NCBI GenBank assembly: GCA_040905565.1
Contig: JBBDRF010000003.1
Location: 1-42,091 of the forward strand
Source of the DNA: Phycisphaeraceae bacterium
Lineage (GTDB): Bacteria > Planctomycetota > Phycisphaerae > Phycisphaerales > Zrk34
Direction: 5' to 3'
DNA length: 42,091 nucleotides
This document shows positions 1 through 9,584 of the stretch, one piece after another (the stretch's first letter is position 1; the number at the start of each line of letters is the position of its first letter). The notes beneath the pieces are model-generated. The model worked only from the letters and a program-made list of their open reading frames with translations. It ran no database searches and was not told the origin of the DNA. The translations under genes were made by a program, and so were the position numbers.

Positions 1-19
1 GCCATCAACCAACCGACTC

Positions 20-637
20 TCACAACGGCTGGCACATAGTTTTCAGGCAGGCCACCCGCTCCAGATCGGCGGGATGCTGCATGTTCTCGATGTTCGGCGG
101 CGGCATCGGATGGCCGAGCGGCTCGGGTGTCTCGGGCAGGAAGCTCGCACCTTCAAGGTAAAGCTCATGCACGACAAAAAACGGATAACCGTTGTAGACA
201 ATGGGGCGGCCTCGCGCTTCGAACAGCGACCCGGGCAACAACGGCACCTGCTGCGCTCGGAAATGATGCGGCGACCCGAGTTCCAGCAAAATCAGCCGAT
301 CGTCAGGCGTCACGGCCCGTGCCACGAGATGGGCGCGGTTGTCCATGATCACCGTTTCAATACTGAGAATCTGCCCGCCAGCGATCACCATTCCAGATTG
401 CCCCGGCTGCTGCTGATGCCGATCACGCAGCCGATCCTGAAACTCGGTGAGCGGATCCGGGCGGGCGTGTAGGTCCTGCATCTCGTTCTGGAACTGCTGC
501 TGCTGCGAAGGCCGAAGCATCTGCTGCTGCATCTGGTTTTGCCACTGCTGCTGCGATTGCGCGAAGCCAACGGCGGGCATGGCGTTCACGGCGATCGCGA
601 CGAGGAGCAGCGCTTTAATCGTCAGCCGGCTCATCAT
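20..637 (-). CDS. Secreted hypothetical protein with Q-rich linker and probable OB-fold-like domain
   Basis: ORF 20..667, likely start ATG 637 or 634. Signal-peptide-like N-terminus (RLTIKALLLVAIAVNAMPAVGFA-Q), then a poly-Q tract and a beta-rich domain. Confidence 0.55.
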   Translation of the reverse strand: MMSRLTIKALLLVAIAVNAMPAVGFAQSQQQWQNQMQQQMLRPSQQQQFQNEMQDLHARPDPLTEFQDRLRDRHQQQPGQSGMVIAGGQILSIETVIMDNRAHLVARAVTPDDRLILLELGSPHHFRAQQVPLLPGSLFEARGRPIVYNGYPFFVVHELYLEGASFLPETPEPLGHPMPPPNIENMQHPADLERVACLKTMCQPL

Positions 638-768
638 GAATCCTTTCGCGACATGGTTGGCGCTCATGCAGCGAAGGGGGTGCCGGGTTGGGGCGATGGT
701 GATGGGGGACCGGCCGGTCGTAGACCGGCGGTTATTGCGGCGTGAGGGGTGGTGGGAAGGGTGAGGAC

Positions 769-1425
769 CTAGCTTTGGGTGGCGGTGCGGAGGGTGTCGC
801 AGAGGGAGGCGAAAACGGCGTCGGCCTCGCCTCGCGCGTCAATCAGCAGATGGTGGTCAGGGTCGGCTTTGGCCTGGTCGAGATACCCCTGTCGAACGCG
901 GCGGTGGTAGGCTGAGCCCTTCTGCTCCATGCGGTCCAGCAGGGGGGCGAGGCGGTGGGCAGCGGTCGCTTCATCGACATCAAAGATCACCACGAAATCC
1001 GGTCGGCTCTTGCCGATCGCCACGTCCGCCACCTGTTGGATATGGGCCGGATCAAGCCCGCCGGCCGTCCCCTGGTAGGCGAGCGTGGAAGAGATGAACC
1101 GGTCAGCGAGGACGAGCTGCCCAGCTTCGAGCGCGGGGCGGATGCGCTCAGCGACAAGCTGAGCCCTGCTGGCCATGTACAGCAGCATCTCGCAGCGGAG
1201 GTCCATGTTCTCGTTCGCGGGATCGAGGAGGATGTTGCGAATCTGTTCGCCGATTTCCGTGCCGCCGGGCTCGCGCACTTCGCAGACGGTGATGCCCTGC
1301 TTGCGAACGAGTTCACGAAATCGCACAAATTGCGTGGTCTTGCCCGCACCGTCGGGGCCTTCGAAAACGAGGAAGCGGCCGCGGAGATTCGTCAGCCAGT
1401 CTGTAGCGGAAGAGGGCATGGGCAT
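769..1425 (-). CDS. tmk: Thymidylate kinase
   Basis: P-loop FEGPDGAGKTTQ, REPGGT and DRFISSTLAYQG motifs. Start uncertain (1425/1419). Confidence 0.95.
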   Translation of the reverse strand: MPMPSSATDWLTNLRGRFLVFEGPDGAGKTTQFVRFRELVRKQGITVCEVREPGGTEIGEQIRNILLDPANENMDLRCEMLLYMASRAQLVAERIRPALEAGQLVLADRFISSTLAYQGTAGGLDPAHIQQVADVAIGKSRPDFVVIFDVDEATAAHRLAPLLDRMEQKGSAYHRRVRQGYLDQAKADPDHHLLIDARGEADAVFASLCDTLRTATQS

Positions 1426-1471
1426 CGTCGGCGTTACGAAAAAAGGATCAGGAACAACCAAGTGGCGAAAG

Positions 1472-2158
1472 TCACTCGGAACCCGGCGTGGTTGGAGGGG
1501 TTGGGGGGGTGGGCGGCGGGGGGGGCAGGTCGACCACCGCCTGTTTCGCCGCGAGAACGTAAGGAATCCCGCTGAGGATCGTGACCAGCACGGTGGCGTA
1601 GACGAAGCCGTCGCGGACCCACGCGGTCCAGGTATGCACAGCTGGGTCGAGCCAGATGATGAACAGCACCACGGGGATCGCGACGGATTGCAGGATCATC
1701 TTCAGCTTGCCGAACACGTTGGCAGCGAACTTCACGCCCGCCGATTCAAGCTCACCGCGGACGCCTGTCACCAGCAGTTCGCGGGCGAGGATGATGACCA
1801 CCATCCACGGATACACGCCGCTGACCATGTTCAGCGAAAGCAGGGCGTGAGGCTCGCGGTCGGGCATCACGAAGCGCGGCCCCGCCAGGAAGATAAACGC
1901 CCCGATCACCAGCACCTTGTCGCAGAACGGATCCATGATCCGCCCGAATCGTGATTCAACCTGCCAGCGGCGTGCCAGGTAGCCGTCGAGCCAGTCGGTC
2001 ACGGCGGCGGCGATGAAGATGAAGAACGACAGCGTCAGCACCAGCGTTTGCGGTGCGGTGCCGGGGCCTCCGTAGCGGTACTGGTTGAGGATGAGGAAGA
2101 AGACGCCGGCAAGCACCAGCCGCAACATCGTCAGTTGATTGGGCAATTGCCGATACAT
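1472..2158 (-). CDS. pgsA: CDP-alcohol phosphatidyltransferase (PgsA-like)
   Basis: LPNQLTMLR N-terminus; TDWLDGYLARR...FGRIMDPFCDK signature; several TM helices. Confidence 0.85.
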   Translation of the reverse strand: MYRQLPNQLTMLRLVLAGVFFLILNQYRYGGPGTAPQTLVLTLSFFIFIAAAVTDWLDGYLARRWQVESRFGRIMDPFCDKVLVIGAFIFLAGPRFVMPDREPHALLSLNMVSGVYPWMVVIILARELLVTGVRGELESAGVKFAANVFGKLKMILQSVAIPVVLFIIWLDPAVHTWTAWVRDGFVYATVLVTILSGIPYVLAAKQAVVDLPPPPPTPPTPPTTPGSE

Positions 2159-2286
2159 CGAAATAAGTCCTGAAGCGAGGGGGGCCGACGAGCGGCCACT
2201 TTAGCATGGCCCGCAACAAGATGCACACGCCCGGAGCGGGGCGGAAGGCGGGTCGCGAAAGCGCAGCGAGCCGTTATTATGACCAT

Positions 2287-3327
2287 ATGTCCACCATGAA
2301 AGCCTTAGTCAAAGATAAGCGTGAACCCGGCCTCTCCCTCCATGATGTCCCCCTGCCCGAAATGGGCATCAACGATGTCATGATCAAGGTCCTCCGCACC
2401 GGTATCTGCGGAACCGACCTGCACATCTACAATTACGACGCATGGGCGCAGAAGACAATTCCCGTCCCCATGGTCGTCGGCCACGAGTTCGTCGGCCGCA
2501 TTGTCGATGTCGGCTCGAACGTCAATGATTTCAAGGTCGGCCAGCTCGTCAGTGGCGAAGGCCACGTCGTCTGCGGCCGCTGTCGCAACTGCATGGCCGG
2601 CCGACGTCATCTCTGCGCCGACACGCGCGGCGTAGGTGTGAACCGTCCCGGCGCGTTCGCCGAATACATCGTCCTGCCCATGAGCAATATCTGGGTGCAG
2701 GACGAAAGCATCGATCGTGATGTCGCGTCGATCTTCGATCCCTTCGGCAATGCGGTGCATACCGCCCTGACCTACGACCTGCTGGGCGAGGATGTGCTGA
2801 TCACCGGCGCCGGCCCCATCGGCATCATGGCTGCGGCGGTGGCGAAACATGCGGGGGCGCGGTCCATCGTCATCACCGACGTGAACCCCTTCCGACTCGA
2901 TCTCGCCCGCAAGATGGGCGTCAGCCGGGCGGTCGATGTTCGCCATGAAACCCTCGTCGACGTCCAGAAAGAACTGGACATGCACGAAGGGTTCGATGTG
3001 GGCTTGGAGATGAGCGGCAACCCGCACGCCTTCCGCGACATGCTGGCGAATATGTGCCACGGCGGCCGCGTCGCCCTGCTGGGCATCCCCGAGGGCGAGA
3101 ACCCGATCGACTGGAACCTCGTGGTCTTCAACATGCTCACGATCAAGGGCATCTACGGCCGTGAGATGTACGAGACGTGGTACAAAATGTCGGTGATGAT
3201 CGAAAGCGGGCTCGACCTGACGCCCGTAATCACCCATCGCTACCACTACACTGATTTCCAGAAGGGCTTCGACGCGATGCTCAGCGGCCAGTCCGGCAAG
3301 GTTGTCCTCACCTGGGCCGAGGGCTAA
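2287..3327 (+). CDS. tdh: L-threonine 3-dehydrogenase
   Basis: [28 protein letters not shown]...C zinc motif and [14 protein letters not shown]; adjacent to kbl. Start 2287 or 2296. Confidence 0.95.
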   Translation: MSTMKALVKDKREPGLSLHDVPLPEMGINDVMIKVLRTGICGTDLHIYNYDAWAQKTIPVPMVVGHEFVGRIVDVGSNVNDFKVGQLVSGEGHVVCGRCRNCMAGRRHLCADTRGVGVNRPGAFAEYIVLPMSNIWVQDESIDRDVASIFDPFGNAVHTALTYDLLGEDVLITGAGPIGIMAAAVAKHAGARSIVITDVNPFRLDLARKMGVSRAVDVRHETLVDVQKELDMHEGFDVGLEMSGNPHAFRDMLANMCHGGRVALLGIPEGENPIDWNLVVFNMLTIKGIYGREMYETWYKMSVMIESGLDLTPVITHRYHYTDFQKGFDAMLSGQSGKVVLTWAEG

Positions 3328-3348
3328 CGCCCCCCCTGACGCCCGACA

Positions 3349-3374
3349 ACGAGCCGCGACCGTAAGGGAGCGGT
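3349..3374 (+). repeat. REP-like repeat family A (target of the IS110 element)
   Basis: ACGAGCCGCGACCGTAAGGGAGCGGT, intergenic; exact reverse complement of the site reconstructed by removing the IS110 element. Confidence 0.85.
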
Positions 3375-3440
3375 CAACGCTACGCCGGTCCGACAACGGC
3401 CCGCCCGCGCCAAACGCCTCACGAATTCCAGGACTTCCCC

Positions 3441-4631
3441 ATGTACGCCGATTTCAAGCAACACATTCAGCAGCAACTCGAAGAGGTCAAATCAGCCGGC
3501 ACGTGGAAGGCGGAGCGCGTCATGACCACGCCTCAGCGGGCGCATGTCGGCGTCCTCGAACGGCCGGACGTGCTCAACCTGTGCGCCAACAACTACCTCG
3601 GCCTTGCCGATCATCCCGAGATGATCGCTGCCGCTCACAAGGCGCTCGATGACTGGGGCTACGGCCTCGCGTCGGTCCGCTTCATCTGTGGCACGCAGTC
3701 GATCCACAAACAGCTCGAAGATCGCCTGACCGAATTCCTCGGCACCGAAGACACCATCCTCTACGGCTCCTGCTTCGACGCCAACGGCGGGCTCTTCGAA
3801 ACCATCCTCACCGCGGAAGATGCCGTGATTTCCGACCAGCTCAACCACGCCTCCATCATCGACGGCATCCGCCTGAGCAAAGCCAACCGCTATCGCTACG
3901 CCAACCGCGACATGGCTGACCTCGAGGCCCAGCTCAAGCAGGCCGACGCCGACGGCGCACGCTTCAAACTCATCACCACAGACGGCGTCTTCTCCATGGA
4001 CGGCTACGTCGCCCCGCTCGATGAAGTCTGCGACCTCGCCGACCGCTATAACGCGCTCGTCCACTTTGATGATTGCCATGCGACCGGTTTCCTTGGTGAA
4101 AACGGCCGGGGCACGCACGAATATCGCCACGTCATCGATCGCATCGACCTCACCACCGGTACACTCGGCAAAGCGGTCGGCGGCGCAAGCGGCGGCTACA
4201 CATCCGGCCGCAAGGAGATCATCGACCTCCTCCGCCAGCGCTCCCGCCCATACCTCTTCTCGAACTCCGTCGCGCCGCCGATCGTGGCTGCTTCGCTCGC
4301 GGCGATCGACCTGATCACCCGCTCAAGCGATCTGCGCGACAAGCTGCGTGAGAACACCAAGTTCTTCCGCGAGGGCATGACCGAACGCGGCTTCGATATC
4401 CTCCCCGGCGACCACCCCATCGCGCCCATCATGATCGGCGACGCGGCCCTGGCCACCGAGTTCGCCGACCGCATGCTCGAGCGCGGCGTGTACGTCATCG
4501 GCTTCTCCTTCCCCGTCGTCCCCAAGGGAAAAGCCCGGATCCGCACCCAGATTTCCGCCGGCCACTCCCGCGATGACCTGCAATATGCGATGGACATGTT
4601 CACCGCCGTCAAAGCCGAACTGAACATCTAA
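3441..4631 (+). CDS. kbl: 2-amino-3-ketobutyrate CoA ligase (glycine C-acetyltransferase)
   Basis: [35 protein letters not shown] (PLP lysine), [11 protein letters not shown]. Confidence 0.95.
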   Translation: MYADFKQHIQQQLEEVKSAGTWKAERVMTTPQRAHVGVLERPDVLNLCANNYLGLADHPEMIAAAHKALDDWGYGLASVRFICGTQSIHKQLEDRLTEFLGTEDTILYGSCFDANGGLFETILTAEDAVISDQLNHASIIDGIRLSKANRYRYANRDMADLEAQLKQADADGARFKLITTDGVFSMDGYVAPLDEVCDLADRYNALVHFDDCHATGFLGENGRGTHEYRHVIDRIDLTTGTLGKAVGGASGGYTSGRKEIIDLLRQRSRPYLFSNSVAPPIVAASLAAIDLITRSSDLRDKLRENTKFFREGMTERGFDILPGDHPIAPIMIGDAALATEFADRMLERGVYVIGFSFPVVPKGKARIRTQISAGHSRDDLQYAMDMFTAVKAELNI

Positions 4632-4636
4632 AATAT

Positions 4637-4660
4637 AGCCGCGACGCTACGCAGCGCCGG
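4637..4660 (+). repeat. Short intergenic repeat family D
   Basis: AGCCGCGACGCTACGCAGCGCCGG; 22/24 identical to 11543-11566. Confidence 0.6.
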
Positions 4661-4690
4661 AAGATCGCCGTTGAAAGAAAGGCCAAATCC

Positions 4691-6103
4691 GTGACGCCTA
4701 AAAAAGTGCTTCAACTCATCCGCGAGCACAACATCGAGTTCGTCGATTGCCGCTTCATGGATTTCCCCGGCGCCTGGCAGCATCAGATGTACACCGCCGG
4801 CGAACTGACCGAGAAGACCTTCACCGAAGGCTTCGGGTTCGACGGCTCGTGCATCCGAGGCTGGGAACGGCTGAACGAAGCGGACATGGTCCTCGTCCCC
4901 GTGGCTGAGACGGCCCGCATGGACCCCTTCTACGACAGCCCGACGCTGTCGATGATCTGCGATGTGAAGGACCCCCGCACCCGCAAGCAGTACGCGCGCG
5001 ATCCCCGCTCTATCGCTCGCAAAGCAGCGGACTACCTCAAGCAATCGAAGGTCGCTGACGAAGCGATGTTCAGCCCTGAACTCGAATTCTTCATCTTCGA
5101 CCACGTCAGCTACGACCAGACCGTGAACGCAGCCCACTACCACGTCGATTCCGGCGAAGGCATCTGGAATCGAGGCTCACGCGACCCCGCCAACCTCGGC
5201 AACCAGATCCGCACCGCCGAAGGCTACTTCCCCATTCCCCCCATCGATACGCTCGGCGAGCTCCGCTGCGAAATGGTCGGCGTCCTCCAGATGCTCGGCA
5301 TCACCGTCGAATCCCATCACCACGAAGCAGCCACCGGCGGGCAATGCGAAATTGCCCTCCGCCATCAGGACCTGCTCCGCATGGCTGACACGTGCATGAA
5401 CTATAAGTACGTGGTTAAGAACGTCGCTGCTCGCCACGGTAAGGTCGCCACCTTCATGCCTAAACCGCTGTTCGGCGAAAACGGGTCGGGCATGCACACC
5501 CACTTTTCCCTATGGAAAGCGGGCAAACCGCTATTCGGCGGCAAGCACTACGCGGGCCTTTCGCAGCTCGGCCTCTACGCCATCGGCGGCATTCTGAAGC
5601 ACGGCCGCGCCCTCAACGCGCTGACCAACCCGACAACCAACAGCTTCAAACGCCTCGCACCCGGCTTCGAAGCACCGGTGAATTTCGTCTATTCATCACG
5701 CAACCGCTGGGCCGCCGTCCGCATCCCCGTCTACCATCACGATCCCCGCACCAAACGCCTGGAAATCCGCTTCCCCGACAGCTCCTGCAATCCCTACCTC
5801 GCCTTCTCCGCCCTGCTGATGGCTGCGATCGACGGCGTCAAAAACAAAATCGACCCCGGCGACCCCTTCGACAAAGACATCGACGACTGCACCCCCGCCG
5901 ACCTCGCGTCGCTCCCCGTCGCCCCGGCCGACCTCGGCGAATCGCTCCAGGCCCTCGAAGACGACCACGCCTTCCTGCTTGAAGGCAACGTCTTCACCGA
6001 AGAACTCATCCGCTACTGGATCCAGTACAAACGCACCAACGAAGTCGAACCCCTCCGCCAGCGTCCCCACCCCCACGAATTCTGCATGTACTTCGACACG
6101 TAA
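4691..6103 (+). CDS. glnA: Type I glutamine synthetase
   Basis: FDGS, HHHE...GQCEI, ATFMPKPLFGENGSGMHTH, NPTTNSFKRLAPGFEAP, RLEIRFPD, RPHPHEF; GTG start after AAGG. Confidence 0.92.
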   Translation: MTPKKVLQLIREHNIEFVDCRFMDFPGAWQHQMYTAGELTEKTFTEGFGFDGSCIRGWERLNEADMVLVPVAETARMDPFYDSPTLSMICDVKDPRTRKQYARDPRSIARKAADYLKQSKVADEAMFSPELEFFIFDHVSYDQTVNAAHYHVDSGEGIWNRGSRDPANLGNQIRTAEGYFPIPPIDTLGELRCEMVGVLQMLGITVESHHHEAATGGQCEIALRHQDLLRMADTCMNYKYVVKNVAARHGKVATFMPKPLFGENGSGMHTHFSLWKAGKPLFGGKHYAGLSQLGLYAIGGILKHGRALNALTNPTTNSFKRLAPGFEAPVNFVYSSRNRWAAVRIPVYHHDPRTKRLEIRFPDSSCNPYLAFSALLMAAIDGVKNKIDPGDPFDKDIDDCTPADLASLPVAPADLGESLQALEDDHAFLLEGNVFTEELIRYWIQYKRTNEVEPLRQRPHPHEFCMYFDT

Positions 6104-6116
6104 GCAGATGTCGACT

Positions 6117-6290
6117 ACGAGCCGCGACCGTAAGGCAGCGGTTGTGTCTAGGTCAATAGTGAACGTGAGGGGGGGGTAGAACTGCCGGTTCACGGGTGCG
6201 GGTGTTTCCGCAGCGGTCGTGAGGTTGCGACGCGTCGTCACGATGCGCCGCGGTCGGACGCACAACCGCTTACTGACGTGCGCGGCTCGT
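6117..6290. repeat. Inverted pair of family A REPs (REPIN/BIME-like)
   Basis: 6117-6146 ACGAGCCGCGACCGTAAGGCAGCGGTTGTG and an inverted variant at 6261-6290, CACAACCGCTTACTGACGTGCGCGGCTCGT. Confidence 0.8.
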
Positions 6291-6375
6291 TTAAGGCACG
6301 TGCCGACAATCTGTCGCCCCTCACACTGCCCCCCGTATGACCGGCCGCGCGCTCGGTGGTATGATGTTCGGTCTT

Positions 6376-9234
6376 ATGACCGAGCCGACCCAAGAAAAAC
6401 CGTCGTACAAGAAGACTTTGAACCTGCCGAAGACCCGCTTCGCGATGCGGGCGAACCTGGTGCAGCGCGAGCCGCAGTTCCAGCAGCGGTGGGATAAACT
6501 CAAGCTATATGACCGCCTGCGCGACACGGAGCACCCCCGCGGCCGCTTCGTGCTGCACGACGGCCCGCCTTACGCCAACGGCTCTATCCACCTCGGCCAC
6601 CTGCTGAACAAGGTGCTCAAGGATCTGGTCGTCCGCTCCCGCTCAATGCTCGGCTACGACGCTCCGTTCATCCCCGGCTGGGACTGCCACGGCCTGCCGA
6701 TCGAGCATCGCGTCCTCAAAGAGCTCGGCGACAAAGCACGCACCCTCACCCCACGCGATATCCGCAAGCAGTGCCAGAAGGATGCTGCGAAGTTCGTCAA
6801 GCTCCAGACGAAGCAGATGCAGCGCCTCGGCACCATCGGCGACTACAAAAACCCCTACCTCACGATGGATCCCGCCTACGAAGGGGCCACGTTGGAGGTC
6901 TTCGCCGACCTCGTTGAACGCGGCATCGTCTACCGTGATCTCAAGCCCGTGCACTGGTCCATCGCCAACCGCACCGCCCTCGCCGATGCGGAGCTCGAGT
7001 ATGCCGACCGCGAAGATACCAGCATCTACGTGCAGTTCGAGGTCGCCAATCCGCAGGACCTTCCCGCCGGCCTTATGGCCCGCCCCGGCCTGCCGATCAG
7101 CCTGATGATCTGGACGACCACGCCCTGGACCATCCCCGCCAACCTCGCCGTCGCCGCCGCCCACGCGGCAATCTACGGCCTGTACCGCTACGAATGCGAC
7201 GGCAAATCCGGAGCCGCCATCGTCGCCGATGAGCTTGCCGAGAAGGTCTTCTCGCAGGTCAACGCTTCGTACGATCGCATCGGCGAGTGCACCGGTCAGC
7301 AGCTCGCCGACGCGCACATTACTTACAAGCATCCGTTCATTGAGCGCGAAAGTCCGCTCGTCACCGCAACCCACGTCACGCTTGAAGACGGCACCGGCCT
7401 CGTCCACACCGCGCCCGGCCACGGCACGGAAGATTATCAGGTCGGCCTGCAGCACAAGCTCGCCATCTACTGCCCCGTCCTCGCCGACGGCACGTTCGAT
7501 GACACCGCCCCGGCATGGCTGCAGGGTAAGGATGTGTGGGAGGCCAACAGCCTGGTCGTCGAGCATCTGCGCGAGTCCGGCCATCTCTTCCACGACCAGC
7601 CGTTCATGCACAGTTACCCCCACGACTGGCGCAGCAAAACGCCCGTCATCTTCCGCGCCACCGAACAGTGGTTCATCGGCGTCAACCAGCCGTTCGACGG
7701 GGGTGGATCATTACGTGACCGCGCCCTTGCGGAGACGGCCGACGATGTCACCTTCATCCCCGAGTGGGGCAAGAACCGCATGCGTGGCATGCTCGAAAGT
7801 CGCCCCGACTGGTGCATCAGCCGCCAGCGCGCGTGGGGCCTGCCCATCCCTGCATTCTTCGGCCCCGAAAAGGGCCAGGTCCTGCTCACCCCCGCAAGCG
7901 TCCGCGCCGTCTCGCAGGTCGTCCGCAAACGCGGCAGCGATGCGTGGTTCTTCGCCGACGCTGCGGATCTCCTCGCTGACTACGATCCCGCGACCGATCC
8001 CGACGCGCCCGACTGGGTCAAAACAGCAATCAACGATCAACAATCAGCGATCACCAAAGGCACCGACATCTTCGATGTCTGGTTCGACAGCGGCTCCTCC
8101 TGGCATGCCGTCGCTCGGCAGCGGGGGCTTGGCTTTCCCGTCGATATGTACCTTGAAGGCAGCGATCAGCACCGCGGCTGGTTCCAGCTTTCGCTGTTGC
8201 CCGCGATCGGTGTGACCGGCAAGGCGCCGTTCAAGACGGTGCTCACGCATGGGTTCATGGTCGACAAAAACGGCCACAAGATGAGCAAAAGCGTCGGCAA
8301 CACCATCGAAGTTGAAGACCTGATGAAGGACCTCGGCGCCGACGTCTGCCGGTGGTGGGTCGCCTCGCTGAACACCGACAACGACATCAAAGCCGACATC
8401 GACATCTTCCGCCACGCCGGCGAAGAGTACCGCAAGGTCCGCAACACGATCCGCTTCCTGCTGAGCAATCTGCAGGATTTTGATGTGAAAACCGACCGCC
8501 GCGAACTCACGGCCGACGATGCCAATACCATTGACGCGTGGATGGCGGGCGAGTTGGCGAAGCTGATCGAGAACGTGCATCTCGGCTACGAAACCTACCG
8601 TTTCCGCCGCGTGCATGAAGCGGTCTTCCACTTCTGTAACGAAACGCTCAGTGCCGTCTACCTGGCTGCGACGAAGGATCGCCTCTACTGCGATCGGCCC
8701 GATTCCGATCGCCGGCGGCGGACGCAGACGCTGCTGTTCGATACGGCCGACGCGTTGATCCGCGCCATCGCGCCGATCCTCGTGCACACTGCCGACGAAG
8801 CGTTCCTCGCCCTGCACGGCCAAGAGATGAACGCCGACACGTGCATTCATCTGGAGCATCTACCGGAGCCGCGTGAGGCCACGCTCAGCGGCGCCTGGCC
8901 CGAGGTGATGGCGCTGCGTGACCGGGCGCTAAAAACTCTGGAGCAGGCGCGGGCGGCTCACAACATCGACAACCCGCTCGACGCGGGCATCAGCGTGACC
9001 ACCACCGACGCCCTCGCCGAGCGCATGCAGCCGTTTCTGCACGACCTCGCCGACCTCTGCGGCGTCAGCCGATTCAACCTCACCAGCGGCGCGGAAGCGG
9101 AAAACATCACCATTGACGACCTCCGCGATCAACCCCGCTGCGAGCGTTCATGGAAGCGCGACGGCACCGTCAAACCACGCTCCGACGGCGGCATGCTCAC
9201 CGACCGCGACGCCGAGGCCGTCGGCGTTTCTTAA
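6376..9234 (+). CDS. ileS: Isoleucine-tRNA ligase
   Basis: LHDGPPYANGSIHLGH, GWDCHGLPIE, WTTTPWT, DWCISRQR, EGSDQHRGWF, KMSKS; likely ATG 6376. Confidence 0.97.
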   Translation: MTEPTQEKPSYKKTLNLPKTRFAMRANLVQREPQFQQRWDKLKLYDRLRDTEHPRGRFVLHDGPPYANGSIHLGHLLNKVLKDLVVRSRSMLGYDAPFIPGWDCHGLPIEHRVLKELGDKARTLTPRDIRKQCQKDAAKFVKLQTKQMQRLGTIGDYKNPYLTMDPAYEGATLEVFADLVERGIVYRDLKPVHWSIANRTALADAELEYADREDTSIYVQFEVANPQDLPAGLMARPGLPISLMIWTTTPWTIPANLAVAAAHAAIYGLYRYECDGKSGAAIVADELAEKVFSQVNASYDRIGECTGQQLADAHITYKHPFIERESPLVTATHVTLEDGTGLVHTAPGHGTEDYQVGLQHKLAIYCPVLADGTFDDTAPAWLQGKDVWEANSLVVEHLRESGHLFHDQPFMHSYPHDWRSKTPVIFRATEQWFIGVNQPFDGGGSLRDRALAETADDVTFIPEWGKNRMRGMLESRPDWCISRQRAWGLPIPAFFGPEKGQVLLTPASVRAVSQVVRKRGSDAWFFADAADLLADYDPATDPDAPDWVKTAINDQQSAITKGTDIFDVWFDSGSSWHAVARQRGLGFPVDMYLEGSDQHRGWFQLSLLPAIGVTGKAPFKTVLTHGFMVDKNGHKMSKSVGNTIEVEDLMKDLGADVCRWWVASLNTDNDIKADIDIFRHAGEEYRKVRNTIRFLLSNLQDFDVKTDRRELTADDANTIDAWMAGELAKLIENVHLGYETYRFRRVHEAVFHFCNETLSAVYLAATKDRLYCDRPDSDRRRRTQTLLFDTADALIRAIAPILVHTADEAFLALHGQEMNADTCIHLEHLPEPREATLSGAWPEVMALRDRALKTLEQARAAHNIDNPLDAGISVTTTDALAERMQPFLHDLADLCGVSRFNLTSGAEAENITIDDLRDQPRCERSWKRDGTVKPRSDGGMLTDRDAEAVGVS

Positions 9235-9403
9235 GCGAGCGGGAAGCGTCAGCGACCGTCCGTCGGGCGCTGCGCACCGCAGCACGCTGACGCTTGGCCA
9301 TCGTACCGCCGAGCTGCCCCCATACCACGCTGCGTGAAGCGGATCGACGCTGCAGGGAGATCTGGTCGTTTCTGCCGGTCGGTCGCTCACGCTTCCCGCT
9401 CGC
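9235..9403. repeat. Inverted pair of REP-like repeats, family B
   Basis: GCGAGCGGGAAGCGTCAGCGACCG (9235-9258) against inverted 9380-9403 (23/24); a third, degenerate copy lies at 12298-12332. Confidence 0.8.
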
Positions 9404-9584
9404 CAAGGCAGGCGGCGTTGTGTTTTTTCAACATGGCGCTTCATTGCAACCTGAATCTGGCCGATGTGCTGCGTAGTGGCGTGGCGTGAAAACCACACGC
9501 CACACTTCGCGCGGCCGGCGCGCGCTGCTGCCGCGGCCGTCAGGACATCGCCGATTCTCACCCTCCTGTTGATCTGCAACCACC

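Noticed and set aside
20..110. Magnetochrome or heme c motif in the first ORF
   Set aside because: CLKTMCQ is not CxxCH, and there are no magnetosome genes nearby.
9433..9448. Sigma54 promoter upstream of the NtrC-type gene (TGGCGCTTCATTGCA)
   Set aside because: The GG-to-GC spacing is 9 nt rather than the required 10.
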